Shown here piece by piece: positions 50,680 to 63,945 of a stretch of 64,000 nt of DNA. The position numbers and the translations under genes were made by a program. Below the pieces are notes generated by a model, which saw only the letters and a program-made list of their open reading frames with translations, was not told the origin of the DNA and did not search any database. The stretch covers positions 16,921,064 through 16,985,063 of the forward strand of contig NC_068988.1 in NCBI RefSeq assembly GCF_001194135.2, in the 5' to 3' direction. The DNA is from Octopus bimaculoides (taxonomy: Eukaryota). Position 1 is the first letter of the stretch. Each line of letters opens with the position of its first letter.

Positions 50680-53230
50680 ATGATTTAGTGATAGCATTAT
50701 GAATATTCTCATTGCTTTCTTTCTTTTTATTGATTTTCTCTGCTGGACGGAAATGTACCCAAAGACATTCCAAATCCTCAAGGAGGTGCCAGATTTTTAA
50801 CGGTTTCCCTTGTGCAGTTGTAAGTCTTCGGCTATAAATTATATACAAGGAGAGTCGTCTAAGGTGTGACATTTGTTGAGACTTGATGTGGCATAGTTGG
50901 TGAATGCGTGGTATGGTAAAAACACGATATGTGGGATGAGAATTGAAGACACTTGTGAGTCCAGGATACGTGCGTTGATGCACTACGTTCAATGAATAGT
51001 GATCACTCTATATATTAACGGTAGGAACGACAGAATAAAATATCTCAGTTGTAGAGTAGTGATTAAAGTGCTGTCTTGCTAATCCTTTATTTGTATGCCG
51101 TCTCAGATGTCTGTATGTGTAGTAGCAATGCTCCGCCAAATGTAGGAGCTGTCAATCTCATCTCATCATTAAAGAGATTTTGTGATTGTTGAGGCAGAAA
51201 TATTTGCTGGATCTTAGAGAAAGGCTTGTCATTGATGCAGATTTCGCTGCGTTGAAGATGCACATTCACTAGAAAGATCAGCAACGAGAGTCCTTCGTGC
51301 TCTAGGCACAAGGCCTGAACTTTTTGGGGTAGATGATAGTCGATTACATCGACCCCAATGCTTGACTCGTACTGATATTTTGACTCCAAGAGGATGAATG
51401 GCAAGTACGATTCGGTGAAATTTGAACTGAGAATGTAAAAACGGACGAAATGCCGCTAAGCATTTGAGGTATCAGTTCTTGAAAGATGTACGCACTTGGT
51501 GCGTGACGTCTAGTTAATAAATGGATGGCATTTAATTACGGCATGTTAAAGAAGAAATAGTTTTATATTCTGCGTAGGAAATATTCATGTTGTTTCTCAT
51601 AATCGTTTGTAGATCAATATATGGGGGCATCAATATGGAAGACAAAACCAAATCTGCGCCCTGAAGAATTGATACATTATGTCGGAGAGAACTCAAATAG
51701 CAGCCATGATGCTGTGACTGAATGAGAATCTGTCGAAACAAAGGAGTGACTAATAAAGGACATAGTCTGGTAGTTTTACCTTGTCTGTGACTGTCACATA
51801 TAAGTTTTGTTTTAGTGAAGTCGAAGTAGATAACACACATTTCTCATGTGGCATTCCAACCACTGGGTAACCTAAAGAAGAAAGCATGCAGTATATTTGG
51901 CTCTATGTCATACAAAATGGTTTTTGTTGAGAAAAGAGATAGATCAAAATTGTTTAGGTAGAATGTTATTAGTTATCCTTATTATTTGTTTTAGAAGCAT
52001 AATTCGCTAGCGGGCCTCCTTGAAAATGCCAAACATTGATCGGAATATATCCTGCGAAAACAAGTTAGAGAACTACTCAGGGACAGAGGGAGAGAGAGAG
52101 AGTGAAAGAGGTGAGTGAGTGAGTTAGTGAGAGGGAGAGGGTAGGTATGACAGAGAGTGAGAGTGTGAGATTTATGAGTTGTATGATAGGTGCTGGTGCC
52201 CGTTCAAATTATCTGAGAAAGATGGAGAGATAAATCATCACGACTAGTAACCATGCTTTTGAGAAGAGGTTTTGGACTCAGAGTGCATATGTGTGCCTCT
52301 GACAGAGACTGGTTGCAATAGTAAAAGAGGTGGATATTTTGTCTACTAGATATATCTAGTAGGTGCTGCATGGATGCAAAGCAAACAGCAAATGGAAAAA
52401 AACATTTCTGTACAAAAGCTACATAGATAATGTGTTGCAGCATCTACGTAGACTATATAGTTTTTGAAGTGAGAGCAAATAGACTACTCAGGTATGAAAT
52501 AGTCTGGACGTTTATAGCGAGCACTGAGATTTGATAATACGCAGAGAGAAGTGAAAGCTGTTAGCAGATGCCGCATGTTTGTGTTGTGAAAGGAAGCATC
52601 CGTACCAAGTTATGACATGAATATACACGATTTGCTGGGGCTATAGTTTGAGGTTTCAAAAACGTTGATATGTTATTTCTGTCAAATACAGAGAAATTCC
52701 TTCAGGCGATGCTAATACTCCGGTGCATTACATCAGTGGATCTGGTTATACAGTAACTGAAAGTGGAAAGAGAAATTGAGTGATATGAAAAGTGTGATTA
52801 TATACGACTATTTTTATCGTTCTCTAAAATACTAGGAATGTATGTGATAAGTTTATATTTGAAGTATCAGAGTTCATGTCCATTTTGCAAAAAAAAAAAA
52901 AAAAAATTGGAGAGAATTGTATATAACTTGTGATTTTGTAGACGATGGAAACTAGCTGTGAGCTCTACTGTGGGAATCGGTCATTGTGCTAGAGGTGCTT
53001 TCAGTTATAGGTAGTGGAATTTATTCTACACTTAGCGAATGCATGTGTGTAATGGAATAAGATGGAATAGTTTTGAGGAGGGGTATTGAGTATGTATTGA
53101 ATGCTTTTGGATGCAAAATGTAAATCAGTTCTGGGATACTGTTTCGAGACAGAGCTTCTAAGATTAGTATGCATTTACTCTGAACTTCTCAATTTTAGCT
53201 GGGTATGACTGACTGAAATTTGAGAAGTTT
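50680..53230 (-). mobile_element. Decayed CR1/L2-like LINE (ORF2 RT region), interrupted by a SINE and a (GA) tract
   Basis: ORF 51532-51840 reads VIYFDFTKT (cf. VIYLDFSKAFD), NVSILQGADL...PPYIDL (cf. SGVPQGSVL...IYINDL) and SYAEYK at the YADD position (51576-51565). Just upstream, LNKNHFV*HRAKYT resembles the Q.GF...RST motif. Boundaries are approximate. Confidence 0.75.
51290..51465 (-). mobile_element. SINE family B copy inserted into the LINE relic
   Basis: CTAGGCACAAGGCCTGAA...GTCGATTACATCGACCCCA...GGATGAATGGCAA...ACGAAATGCCGCTAAGCATTT is the reverse complement of family B. Confidence 0.8.
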
Positions 53231-53255
53231 CAACTATTAGAATGTAAACAGTCGT

Positions 53256-53500
53256 TTATCTATTTATTTATTTATTTATTTATATTTCTGATTTATATCT
53301 TCGTGTCCTAACGGTATCCTGCTACTGATTGTATAGGCTTTATTCGGGAGATGTGGTTTAAAATGTTTTGATCTTAGTGCCGCAGGGCAACTACGGCTGA
53401 ACAGTTCAGAAGAATTCCAAGATTTAGTTATGTGAGAGTTAAAGAAAGACATGAATAGAAAGAGTTTCTTTTTTGAAGAATAACGCGACATTCAGTTTGT
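53256..53500 (-). mobile_element. Separate LINE 3'-end fragment (CR1/L2-like) with an (AAAT)n tail
   Basis: ORF 53276-53491 reads FFNSHITKSWNS...SKHFKPHL (cf. FFSNRV...WNSLP......FK..L). The plus-strand (TTTA)n at 53256-53283 is its tail. Confidence 0.6.
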
Positions 53501-53959
53501 CAGATAGATTGTATAGAGTAAATAACGCCTACCACAAATGGCTCTGTGCTTAAAACGAAATAAGAAATCCTTACCTATACGACAATTGTTGTTCAAAATG
53601 TTTCTATATATATGCACTTTACTGTATTTCCAATACGTAGATTTCTTTATTATTCTCATGCTTCCTCTTTGTATATTTTCCTTTTAAGTAAAGTAGCCAG
53701 TCCATCCTAGGTAGTTGAAGAAAAGAAAAAGCAGTTATTTTCTTGACAAAACGTGAAATTTCGTTGTTAGTGGGAGGAATCACCGTTAAGAAACAACTGA
53801 GCAGAGATCAATTAAAGGTGCACTAGAAAGCACATGAAATACTACACAATCCGAAACATGCACAGAGCACATAAAAATATTAATGAATACGAATTCGATT
53901 ATATGTAAATAATTTCTCTGGTGCAGAATCTATACAGGGAAACGGATGGACGATAATAA

Positions 53960-54076
53960 TGGTGGTTGAAATGGTGGTGATAATAATGATAATAATAATA
54001 ATGATAATAATAATAATAATAATTCCAAATTTTGGGACATATATTATCAAATTTCGGCAGAAGTTCAGCTATTTAT

Positions 54077-54120
<44 letters not shown>

Positions 54121-54147
54121 CACACACACACACACATNNNNNNNNNN

Positions 54148-54216
<69 letters not shown>

Positions 54217-54230
54217 TATATATACATATA
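53960..54230. repeat. (ATA/ATG)n, (TA)n and (CA)n microsatellite cluster with a 10-N gap
   Basis: Directly visible. Confidence 0.95.
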
Positions 54231-54399
54231 AAGGTAGATAAGGAAATAAATATCTAATCGTGTGATTGCTAGTTCCTAATTTAGTATTAAGTATTTCATT
54301 TACTGAAAATTATTCCTACTTTAATATATAATATATTAATTATTCCTCATCGTGTTCAACCATAGATATTGTTTCTTTGTGCTTTGGAGATAGGATAGT

Positions 54400-55100
54400 T
54401 GAAATTTACGCTTTGTACACTAAAGACCCTTCAATGTAAATCAATTCTAATAGACCGTCCTAATGTATTACTGAACCGTGTGTTTCGATCTTTTGTATTA
54501 AGATATGATATGTTTAGCCTCCTTACTTTTTCTGTTAACTTTGGCATTAAGAGTATTGACTCTATGTAATCCCGTCTATATCTAGAAAATCCTTCATTTA
54601 ATATTTTGTCACGTAAACTATCACTTTATTTGGTTCAATTGTTAGTCTTACAAGCCTCTCTGACAATAACTATAAACTTTATTTTGTCCGTTCTTGTTCC
54701 TAGCACATTCTTCTCATCTTATTTTCGTTTCATTATTATTATTTTATAACTTTTCCTTATCACCCTATTAAATGCCTTATTCTCAGAGTATATAGTAGCA
54801 TACTGCCAACCCATTCTGCATTTTTGCACTCATCCACAGCTTTGTATCTCGTCCTATAGGGTGTATGTGCACTAAACTCTAGTTCCTCGCCTGTCATTTC
54901 TTTTTGACTATATCTGTGTACCATAGATTAAACGTCGGAAAAATCTAAGATAATATGTCCCTATAATCTCAATGTTTGAATGAATTTGTGTTGATTTGAT
55001 AATCTGCTGTTTATAACTTATTTCTCTGACTTCCATATCACTTCTTCCCCATCCACATCATATAACCAGTATCTTGTTCGATATTTTGTTAATCGGCCAG
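54400..55100 (-). mobile_element. Decayed RTE-clade LINE relic (post-RT region)
   Basis: Minus-strand translation gives MLLYTLR (about 54803-54780; cf. MLYGSETW), then MRRMC* and, after a shift, TRTDKIK (54717 downward; cf. MLRWMCGVTR.DKIRNE). Confidence 0.5.
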
Positions 55101-56384
55101 GAACAGGTGATTAGTGGAACATTCATCTAAAACGGTATAGATTTGCATAATTTGCACGGCTGTCACGTGTTGAGACCGAGCAGAATGTCATGTACTGGCA
55201 ATGCGGAATATTTTATCACGTCTCCATGCATGCATCTGCGCATGTGCATGTATATATGTGTGTATGTGCATCCGATTACACTAGTGTCTAATATATGTGT
55301 GTGTATGCATTTGTGTGTGTGTTTGTGTGTGTGTGTGTGCGTGTGTGTGTGAGCATGTGCTAGAAGTATGAAGTGGTACGTTCCATCAGAAAAGCCTATC
55401 GGTATTTAACGCCAACTGTTTTATTATATTCTTGCACCAGTATTCATGTTGCAATTTATATCTTTATTTAATAATGAAATACCTACGAGACAAACTACTA
55501 GGTTCCATGCAATGGACTGAACAACCTTGAGTATTGCCCTTCAACAGGGCGCCAGTCCAATGATTGAGACAAAAAGAAAAGCAAAAAGAATCATACACAC
55601 ACGTACTTACATATACTTACATAATTAACAACAAATAGATATACCTTTATACACTATTCCACGAAAGAAAACAAAATAACACAAGCATAAGCATAATACA
55701 CCCACGGTTACACTACATACACTAAGTATGAATAGGAAATAAGACTGCATAGGAAACTACAACAGCGTTTATTTAAAGTAACATTTCGTTAAATGGGAGT
55801 TTGGGTGTATTTTTAATATTATAATCAACCAGGCATTCGTACTAAATGATCATCTTAATTCTACGAAACAATCATATTTAGATACTTATAGATGCTAAGG
55901 AAATTGCTTTTTTCAAATCAAGGAAATTAAGAATTAACTAGTTATATTATGGCGACGTTTTCTTTTACCTTGTGCGCCTATGTGTGTGTTGCTGAATGAG
56001 AAATATAATTAGATTTATACAACTAGATAACTCCTATAATTGCCAAAACATGATCAAACCATAACCATAATGTACGTGATTAATATACATGAAATGTTAT
56101 GGGTGGTGCGATTCCGATTATTTTCGTATCTTTTCCTCTGGATAGCATGTTATAAACGAAACATTATTTTGCCTTGTTTATGCTTAAAATAATGTATATC
56201 TTTGAACCTTTAAGTTGGCATGGATAAAATAATTTATTTGAAATACTTGGTACAGCAACAAAATCATCTCAGAGAGAGAAGGAGGGGCTAAAAGGAAAAG
56301 GAGAGAGAGAGCGAAAGAGAGAGTGCGCCTGATTGTCAAATGACATATAAAGTTTTTATATAGTTATGTACCACGGTTTTTGAT

Positions 56385-56540
56385 ATGGCTCTGAGTTTAA
56401 GAAGCTTGCTTTGCAGCTACGGTATTCTGGATTCAGCCCACCAGACAGCATACTAGTTGTCTTCTAATATCGCTACGGGCCGAACAATTCCTTGTGAGTC
56501 AATTGTATAGAACGAAAATAAGTAGTAACTCGTCGTATGT
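56385..56540 (+). mobile_element. SINE family A copy (decayed)
   Basis: TTAAGAAGCTTGCTTTGCAGC...GGATTCAGCCCAC...TGTCTTCTA...CGGGCCGAACAATTCCTTGTGAGT. Confidence 0.65.
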
Positions 56541-56546
56541 ATATAT

Positions 56547-56582
<36 letters not shown>

Positions 56583-57131
56583 GTATGTATGTTTATGTGC
56601 ATGTATGTATGTATGTATGCATGCATGTATTGTTATGTTGAACTTACCTAATCACGAGGAAAACTTCTTAATTATCCAAAAAGTAGAAATGTGTGTGTAG
56701 TTATATGTGTGCTTATATGCGTGTTTTTTGTGTTTCTACCTCCACCTCTAGAGAAGTTGTGTTGATTTGTATTTGAGAATCAAATACAGACTAGGTACTA
56801 TCTGTTTGGATATCTCTTGAGAGTACGTGTGCTCAGTGTACCAAAAACAAAACAATATAAATGTTGCTGCAAAAATGGAGAGTAAAGAATAGGGAACGTC
56901 CATGCTTGTGTTTCAGAAATGAGGTAAAAAAAATGTTACGAAATTTTGCGTAATATAACTATAATTGTGTCCTCTTAATTTGTTTCCTAGCCATAGTTTT
57001 TACAAATCTCAATACGATTTGACTTGGTTTAAAGAAAATAACATTAGAACTATATATTTATGATCTCAAGAATTTGTGCATCGTTATCTAATTGTTATAA
57101 ACAATACTGTATATTGCTTTCAACGCAAACA

Positions 57132-57189
<58 letters not shown>

Positions 57190-57700
57190 AAATAAATAAT
57201 TTTTTAAAGCCAACACACTTTCCAGTTATAAAATCAATAACGCATGCCGATGTGATGATTAATAGGCCTGATACGCTTGACCTCCTCGGTAGTCTAGAGA
57301 TTTGTTTGTCAATGTTTTCCATTATAGATGCATACCTGGGGTGTTAGTGCACCCAAAGCAGTAAAGTTTTAGAAAGGAGGGCAAAGAGTTAGTAAGCTGA
57401 CAGTTGATGTTTCTATAACAAAGGTATATAGAGAAACAACGCCTAAGCTAAAAGGGTAGTTATATATTTTTCTAAATATCAATAGGTTGAAATCATTCAC
57501 TCTGTCATTGAATTCAGTAAAGGTTTCGCCATGTCCAGGGAAGCTTTGAAGTAGTGTCTTGAGAATATTAGAGAGAAGCCAAAATGTTTCGTACAAGGAT
57601 TCGTTAATACAGCAGACAAGAAGTCTAACTTTTAAATATGGTTCGGGTCGATGTCTTTTCCTGGCTTTAGTATATTTTCAATAATTACATAGCTCAATTA
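57190..57700 (-). mobile_element. Penelope-like element reverse transcriptase relic
   Basis: The open frame 57656-57369 reads RHRPEPYLKVRLLVCCINESLYETFWLLSNILKTLLQSFPGHGETFTEFNDRVNDFN...FSLGVVSLYT. This follows the PLE RT pattern HK...P.RPIVS.I.SPTY.L...L..IL.PL......VK....F...........SLDVVSLYT. It may extend to about 58100. Confidence 0.75.
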
Positions 57701-58196
57701 TTTGTGTATGACATGGGGTTACTAACTAAACGTTTAGGTGCATGAGACATCTGAAAATGGATTTTACTCAATCAAGAAATATTTTGGAAAATAATGGTAA
57801 AAAATAGATCAAATCTGTTTGAATTGCAACGAAAGCTTCCCGACTTCTGGTCAGATCTTAATCATAGCATTCAGTTGCTGTTAGCAAATATTCAGCAAAT
57901 TCTTTTGAAGTCTATTTCTGTTGGAATCGGATTTGAGGTTTTGCATTTAGGACTCACTGGAAACGGTTTCACTACAGTTTTCTCTTATACAAAGCCAGGT
58001 TGCCAAATAATTAGACAATCTCGTAAGTTTAATTCATTTTACAAAGGATTTATCCAATCAAAATTGAACGGGATGCTCAAAGAAAACAAGTAATCTCTGT
58101 TTTAAAGGTAGCCGGAAAGGTGGATTAATACTTGTCTACTCCTAAGCTATGAATAGTTCACTTTCTTAGATTATATGCTGCCTGTAGGTCTGAAAG

Positions 58197-58228
<32 letters not shown>

Positions 58229-58339
58229 GTGACAAAGACGAAAATGCACAACAAGTATAAAAATTAAAAACTTTCTTATACTTGATGTGCAATTTCATTT
58301 TCATTTTTGTCTTTTCTATCTTTTTCCTTGAATCCACTT

Positions 58340-58394
58340 TCTCTCTCTCTCTCTCACTCTCTCACTCTCACTCTCTGTCACTCTCTCTCTCTTT

Positions 58395-58478
<84 letters not shown>
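58340..58478. repeat. (CT)n-(TA)n-(TG)n compound microsatellite
   Basis: Directly visible. Confidence 0.95.
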
Positions 58479-58481
<3 letters not shown>

Positions 58482-60185
58482 ATGTGTAGGTAGGTGTATG
58501 TATTATGATTGCTAACCTATACCTTGCCTCACATATCTGTACTTGCAGTCAAACGTTGGAGAGTCAGGAAGTATTATACGTATTTCTTATCTCACAATAT
58601 CACATGACAAGCTTTACACTTTTTAAAATATAGCCTTATATCAATTATTATTTACTACTGTGCATAGCAAAAAAAAACAACAACAACAAAAAACAAGTTT
58701 TCATGCTGTGTTTCTCTAAAGAAGATGTCCAGCACCTGTGGCGTATTCACTTCTTGACATCATGGGATACATTCTGTCAAAATATTTTCTGACAATTTTT
58801 TTCCAACTAGCAAAAAGGATTTCACCTACTTGTAAGCTAAGAAGTATTATCTACACAGCTGTATGTTGGTAGCTCATATTAACACGGCGAAATAAATGAG
58901 AACCGGGCTAATGCTAAGAAACTGGATATTTGTACTTCCATTTCTAATGCCATTTTACCGAAACACATATACATAAGCGCACGCGCACGCGCATGTTGTG
59001 TGTATTTAAGAAACAATTGGAAGGTCCGATGTTGCTGAAAACCGGAGACGCGAAACAGCGGTGGTATTTTGAGTTAGTCAGATAACAATAAAAAGTTAAG
59101 TCTAATCTATAACTACATATCTATTTCAATTATTCGTCACCCATTGGGGACTTCTCACACACAAAAGCACATGATGCACACACATACACATGCACACACA
59201 TGCACATACATGCACACATACACACTAACACGCACGCACACCCATACACACTCACGGACACACTCAAGCGTATATTGAGAAGACGTGAATGTGTGTGTAT
59301 ATATATGTGTGTGTGTGTTTATGTGTGTGTGTGTTTATGTGTGTGTATGTGTGTGTATGTGTTTATGTGTGTGTATGTGTGGTTGCACTTAAGCGCAATG
59401 CCACACCCGCCCAAATATGTGTGTATATACAATCACGTGGAATAGGATAGAATAATGGTTATGTAGGGAAGGCCCCACTATAAATTTAGTGTAAATGTGT
59501 TATATTCAATAGTTCTAAATACTTTATCAAATAGACACATGATCAATAGAATTATGTGTGTGGTATAGTAATATTTAATATAAACGTATTCAACAAATGT
59601 GATGATAATAGTTCTGATAATTATCATATGAATATATAAAACCGCTAGCAGTGACTATTTATGAGAGATTATTTTTTTCACAATTAACTACTTATAGGAA
59701 TTAATACATATGTCCATATCTTTATACATCAAATGCACATTTTCTTAGTATAGACATTAAAAGTATATGCTAATTAAATGGATTATTAGAATTGTTTTCG
59801 AAATTCCCATGTTATTCCCTCTCAAATTTCACACATTCTGAAAAACAATACAAATCCTTATACGCTATATTTTCTTATAATTTTTCCACTTCTTGTTTCT
59901 ACTCAGATATTATGCGGATAATCGTATTATAGGGGATGAATAAGCTTTCTAACAATTTCAATTGAAATATAGTTTGCAGTATGATCGTCCCATTTATTGA
60001 TTTCTCTAGTGTAGTCAGCCAGAACGTTTTCCTATGTTCCCATATGGCATCAGGCTAAATTAAGCATTCCCCCTTTCTAACTGGCTTAGTAAGAAACGTT
60101 CGTTGTATTATTCTATCGTATTCCACGTGATCGTATATACACACTTATTTGGGCTGGTGTGCCATTGTGATTAAGTGTACACATT

Positions 60186-60254
<69 letters not shown>

Positions 60255-61994
60255 TCACAGCAGCCAATAAAATATCTAGTGTAATGCTGTTGCTATATTC
60301 AATTTGCTTTTGTTATGATTTATACATCCACACAATATATCTTCCTAAAATGTTAATTCCATGATGTATACCTGAATTTAGCTTGGCTGCTGCAGTAATT
60401 GATTGCAGAAAGAAATTCTGCCTGTTTCATGCCGAAACACTTTTATCACTTATGCTCTGACTTTATCATTCTTACTCTAATATAAACAAACGTCTATTTT
60501 CACTACACGCCGTTATATTTAGTCATCTAGTATTATTTCTTTCTTTCTTTTTTTTTTTTTGGCGTGAGAATGTCAAAGTTTATTTCATCAGTATTACTCA
60601 CATGGAAGTAGAAGAATGAACACGAACTGAATTAAGTCGATTTTTTTTTTTACATTTCTCACATATTTAATATCCGAAATAAATGTAGTGCATTTAGAAT
60701 ACGTTTAAGCGAACTTTGCCATTGATAGCATTAGATTTTTATAAACAGATCTCAAACTTGTTTGGTTGCAAAAATAAATGATTTGCAAATGATTATACGA
60801 AATAACATGCATTGAAGCGAAAATAGTTGCGTCATAGAAAGTATATGATGATCCATACGTCTGCATTGCTTTCAGCAACAAGCTCTCAGTTTTTCAATCA
60901 TTGAAACTATCCAATCTTTGTTTTATAAAGTATTTGGTTAAGGGCTCCACAAAATCTTGTACTGTTAACCTTACCAGCAGCCAATTTTATGATGTTTGTT
61001 TTGTTTTGTTTTGTTATTCGAGTGTGTGCGCGTGATATCTTGCTAAACACCTCGAGTGTCACTTTGAAGTAAAGAAGAATACGCTTCCAGCATGAACCTT
61101 GAAATTATGACCATAACCATACGATTGTGAGCCAGTATTTATTGATCATATGCTCATATGTATCTTAAACGTCCTTTTATGAAGGAAATCGTGGGATACG
61201 GCATGTTATGAAATAAATGAAAATAACTGACAAAGTAAACATAGCGACGTGTAGTGGCGTATATTTCACTGGCTGGAACCGTCCTTTATAAAGTCCTTTA
61301 ATGTAATTTAAGAAATAGGGATGTTTTATAACATCTTGATCTCAAACTACCGTTTCCATGGCTACAAAATGTATTGTAATTGACATTTTCTACATTTAGT
61401 TTATGAGGTATTATAAAACACATACTCTTATCTCATAGAACGGATTATGATTACTATTGCAAGATAAAAACTGCAAGGTCTGTCTAGCTTGAAATAACCT
61501 ATAAACCTATCTATTACACTACTTCGAACTTCACAAGTAACTATTAGCAAAATCATTAACTATTGTAATCTATTGCTTAAACATGTACCATCTAATAGGT
61601 TTGGACTCTCCCTTGTTCTTAGTCAGAAGTGATACTGTTAATATCACTGAGAAAATTAAATTAAAGCGTTACATTTTGGTTACTTTGAAGTTTGGAAATC
61701 GAACGGTTTGTAATTTATTTTATTCTGTTTACAAAAGTTTTTGTTTTTTATTTATTTATCAATAATTTGCTATTTATTTAAATTTCGTATTAAAACCGTT
61801 AATCAATGAACATTTGACATTAATCATCTTTCTTTGTATTTCTAATTTTTCTTTCACCTCTCTACATCACAGAGATATATTTATGTAAACATATTTGAAT
61901 ATATGTGTGTATGAATATAGCATGCGTTTAAGTATGTATATACCCCACACACACACATATATATATTTACGCGTGTCTGTATATATATATATAT

Positions 61995-62675
61995 NNNNNN
62001 NNNNNNNNNNNNNNNNNNNNNNNNNNNNNNNNNNNNNNNNNNNNNNNNNNNNNNNNNNNNNNNNNNNNNNNNNNNNNNNNNNNNNNNNNNNNNNNNNNNN
62101 NNNNNNNNNNNNNNNNNNNNNNNNNNNNNNNNNNNNNNNNNNNNNNNNNNNNNNNNNNNNNNNNNNNNNNNNNNNNNNNNNNNNNNNNNNNNNNNNNNNN
62201 NNNNNNNNNNNNNNNNNNNNNNNNNNNNNNNNNNNNNNNNNNNNNNNNNNNNNNNNNNNNNNNNNNNNNNNNNNNNNNNNNNNNNNNNNNNNNNNNNNNN
62301 NNNNNNNNNNNNNNNNNNNNNNNNNNNNNNNNNNNNNNNNNNNNNNNNNNNNNNNNNNNNNNNNNNNNNNNNNNNNNNNNNNNNNNNNNNNNNNNNNNNN
62401 NNNNNNNNNNNNNNNNNNNNNNNNNNNNNNNNNNNNNNNNNNNNNNNNNNNNNNNNNNNNNNNNNNNNNNNNNNNNNNNNNNNNNNNNNNNNNNNNNNNN
62501 NNNNNNNNNNNNNNNNNNNNNNNNNNNNNNNNNNNNNNNNNNNNNNNNNNNNNNNNNNNNNNNNNNNNNNNNNNNNNNNNNNNNNNNNNNNNNNNNNNNN
62601 NNNNNNNNNNNNNNNNNNNNNNNNNNNNNNNNNNNNNNNNNNNNNNNNNNNNNNNNNNNNNNNNNNNNNNNNNNN
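61995..62675. other. Assembly gap flanked by (TA)n
   Basis: N run; source of the poly-X ORFs. Confidence 1.
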
Positions 62676-63026
62676 TATATATATATATATATATGCAAGC
62701 ATACACGTATATACCTACACATTTACACACGTTTGTGCGTGTGTATAATGTCTATGTACAAGGTTGTGAGTGCATGTACTTTACATTGTAACGGACCTTT
62801 TCGGAAAATCACTGGTGTTTTTGAATTGAACACATTACCTGTTGTAGATTAAACCGGTTGTAGTAGTTGTCTCTTAAATAACAACGCAAGAAAATTTATA
62901 TTCGTATTAAATTTTGAGTAGTAATTTTCGCGGAAATCTACTTCATTTGAGCCAAATTCAAGAATAACCCCGTGTATATATATGCATGTATATACATACA
63001 TGAATACACACACATACAGGCACATT

Positions 63027-63057
<31 letters not shown>

Positions 63058-63067
63058 NNNNNNNNNN

Positions 63068-63105
<38 letters not shown>

Positions 63106-63944
63106 AGTGTTACCATAATTATCTATATTTTCATGTTTGCATAAATTATAATAGGAAACGTATCCATTAGGTAAACGTTCCCCATAAATCGTTGCCAGTA
63201 AAAACTACCCGGTTTTGACTCTACTAATGCGGAGACTTCAAGAATGATTTGGCGTAGTTCGTTTTACTTGACTGGAGTCGAATATTCTGCCATCAGGCAT
63301 GCCGATTATAGCGTAGCACGAAATGTCTATATTTTGGAATAGCAAATATTTTGTCGATTAATTGATATAGTAAATTAGTGCGTAGATAAAAGGACCCTTA
63401 TTCCGTTCGAGAAGCAAATGCCTCTGGCTGGAATCACTAGTTTCTTAAAGAACGTTTGTAACCATTTTTAATATAACGAGCTATTTATACACTCTTCTCA
63501 TGTTTCACTGAACATGCAACTCATAGATATACGTGTACAATGAACGTAAGTGTACAATAAACGTAAGCATATTTGTCCGAGCCTGTATACATTCATGTGT
63601 ATATGTGTTGATGGTAGTTGAAACTTACAACTATACAGCGGGCTAACATATATCTCAATGAAACAAATGCCATTGATATTACTTTCTTTGACGTTTGCAG
63701 ATTTCTGTTTTTGTCCAGTTGTCTGTTTGCTGTTTTATTGCGTGTATGTGATAGTAAATGCGAAATTAAGCATGATATAAATATCTATATAAATGTTTTC
63801 GTGGGTTTTATCAGAAGAGGCATACACTGTATGTATGAGATTTTTTGAGTTTAATTTATGTTCTACTTGAGGGAGTTGTTCACAAAGCCACCAGGCATTT
63901 AGAGTTACGACAGTTACCGGTATTTGCAAATATGAGCTTATGTT

Positions 63945-63945
<1 letters not shown>

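Noticed and set aside
56635-56675. Minus-strand TTTTCCTCGTGATTAG|GTAAGT
   Set aside because: The pyrimidine tract is short and interrupted, with a TAG acceptor; not distinguishable from chance.
59030-59060. CTGAAAA-CCGGAGACGC-GAAAC hammerhead-like string
   Set aside because: G8 is missing, stem II pairs poorly, and there is no NUH or stem I partner.
1863-63170. Numerous ORF-track entries rich in HT, YI, CV, ER, SL or X
   Set aside because: They are translations of microsatellites and N gaps, not genes.
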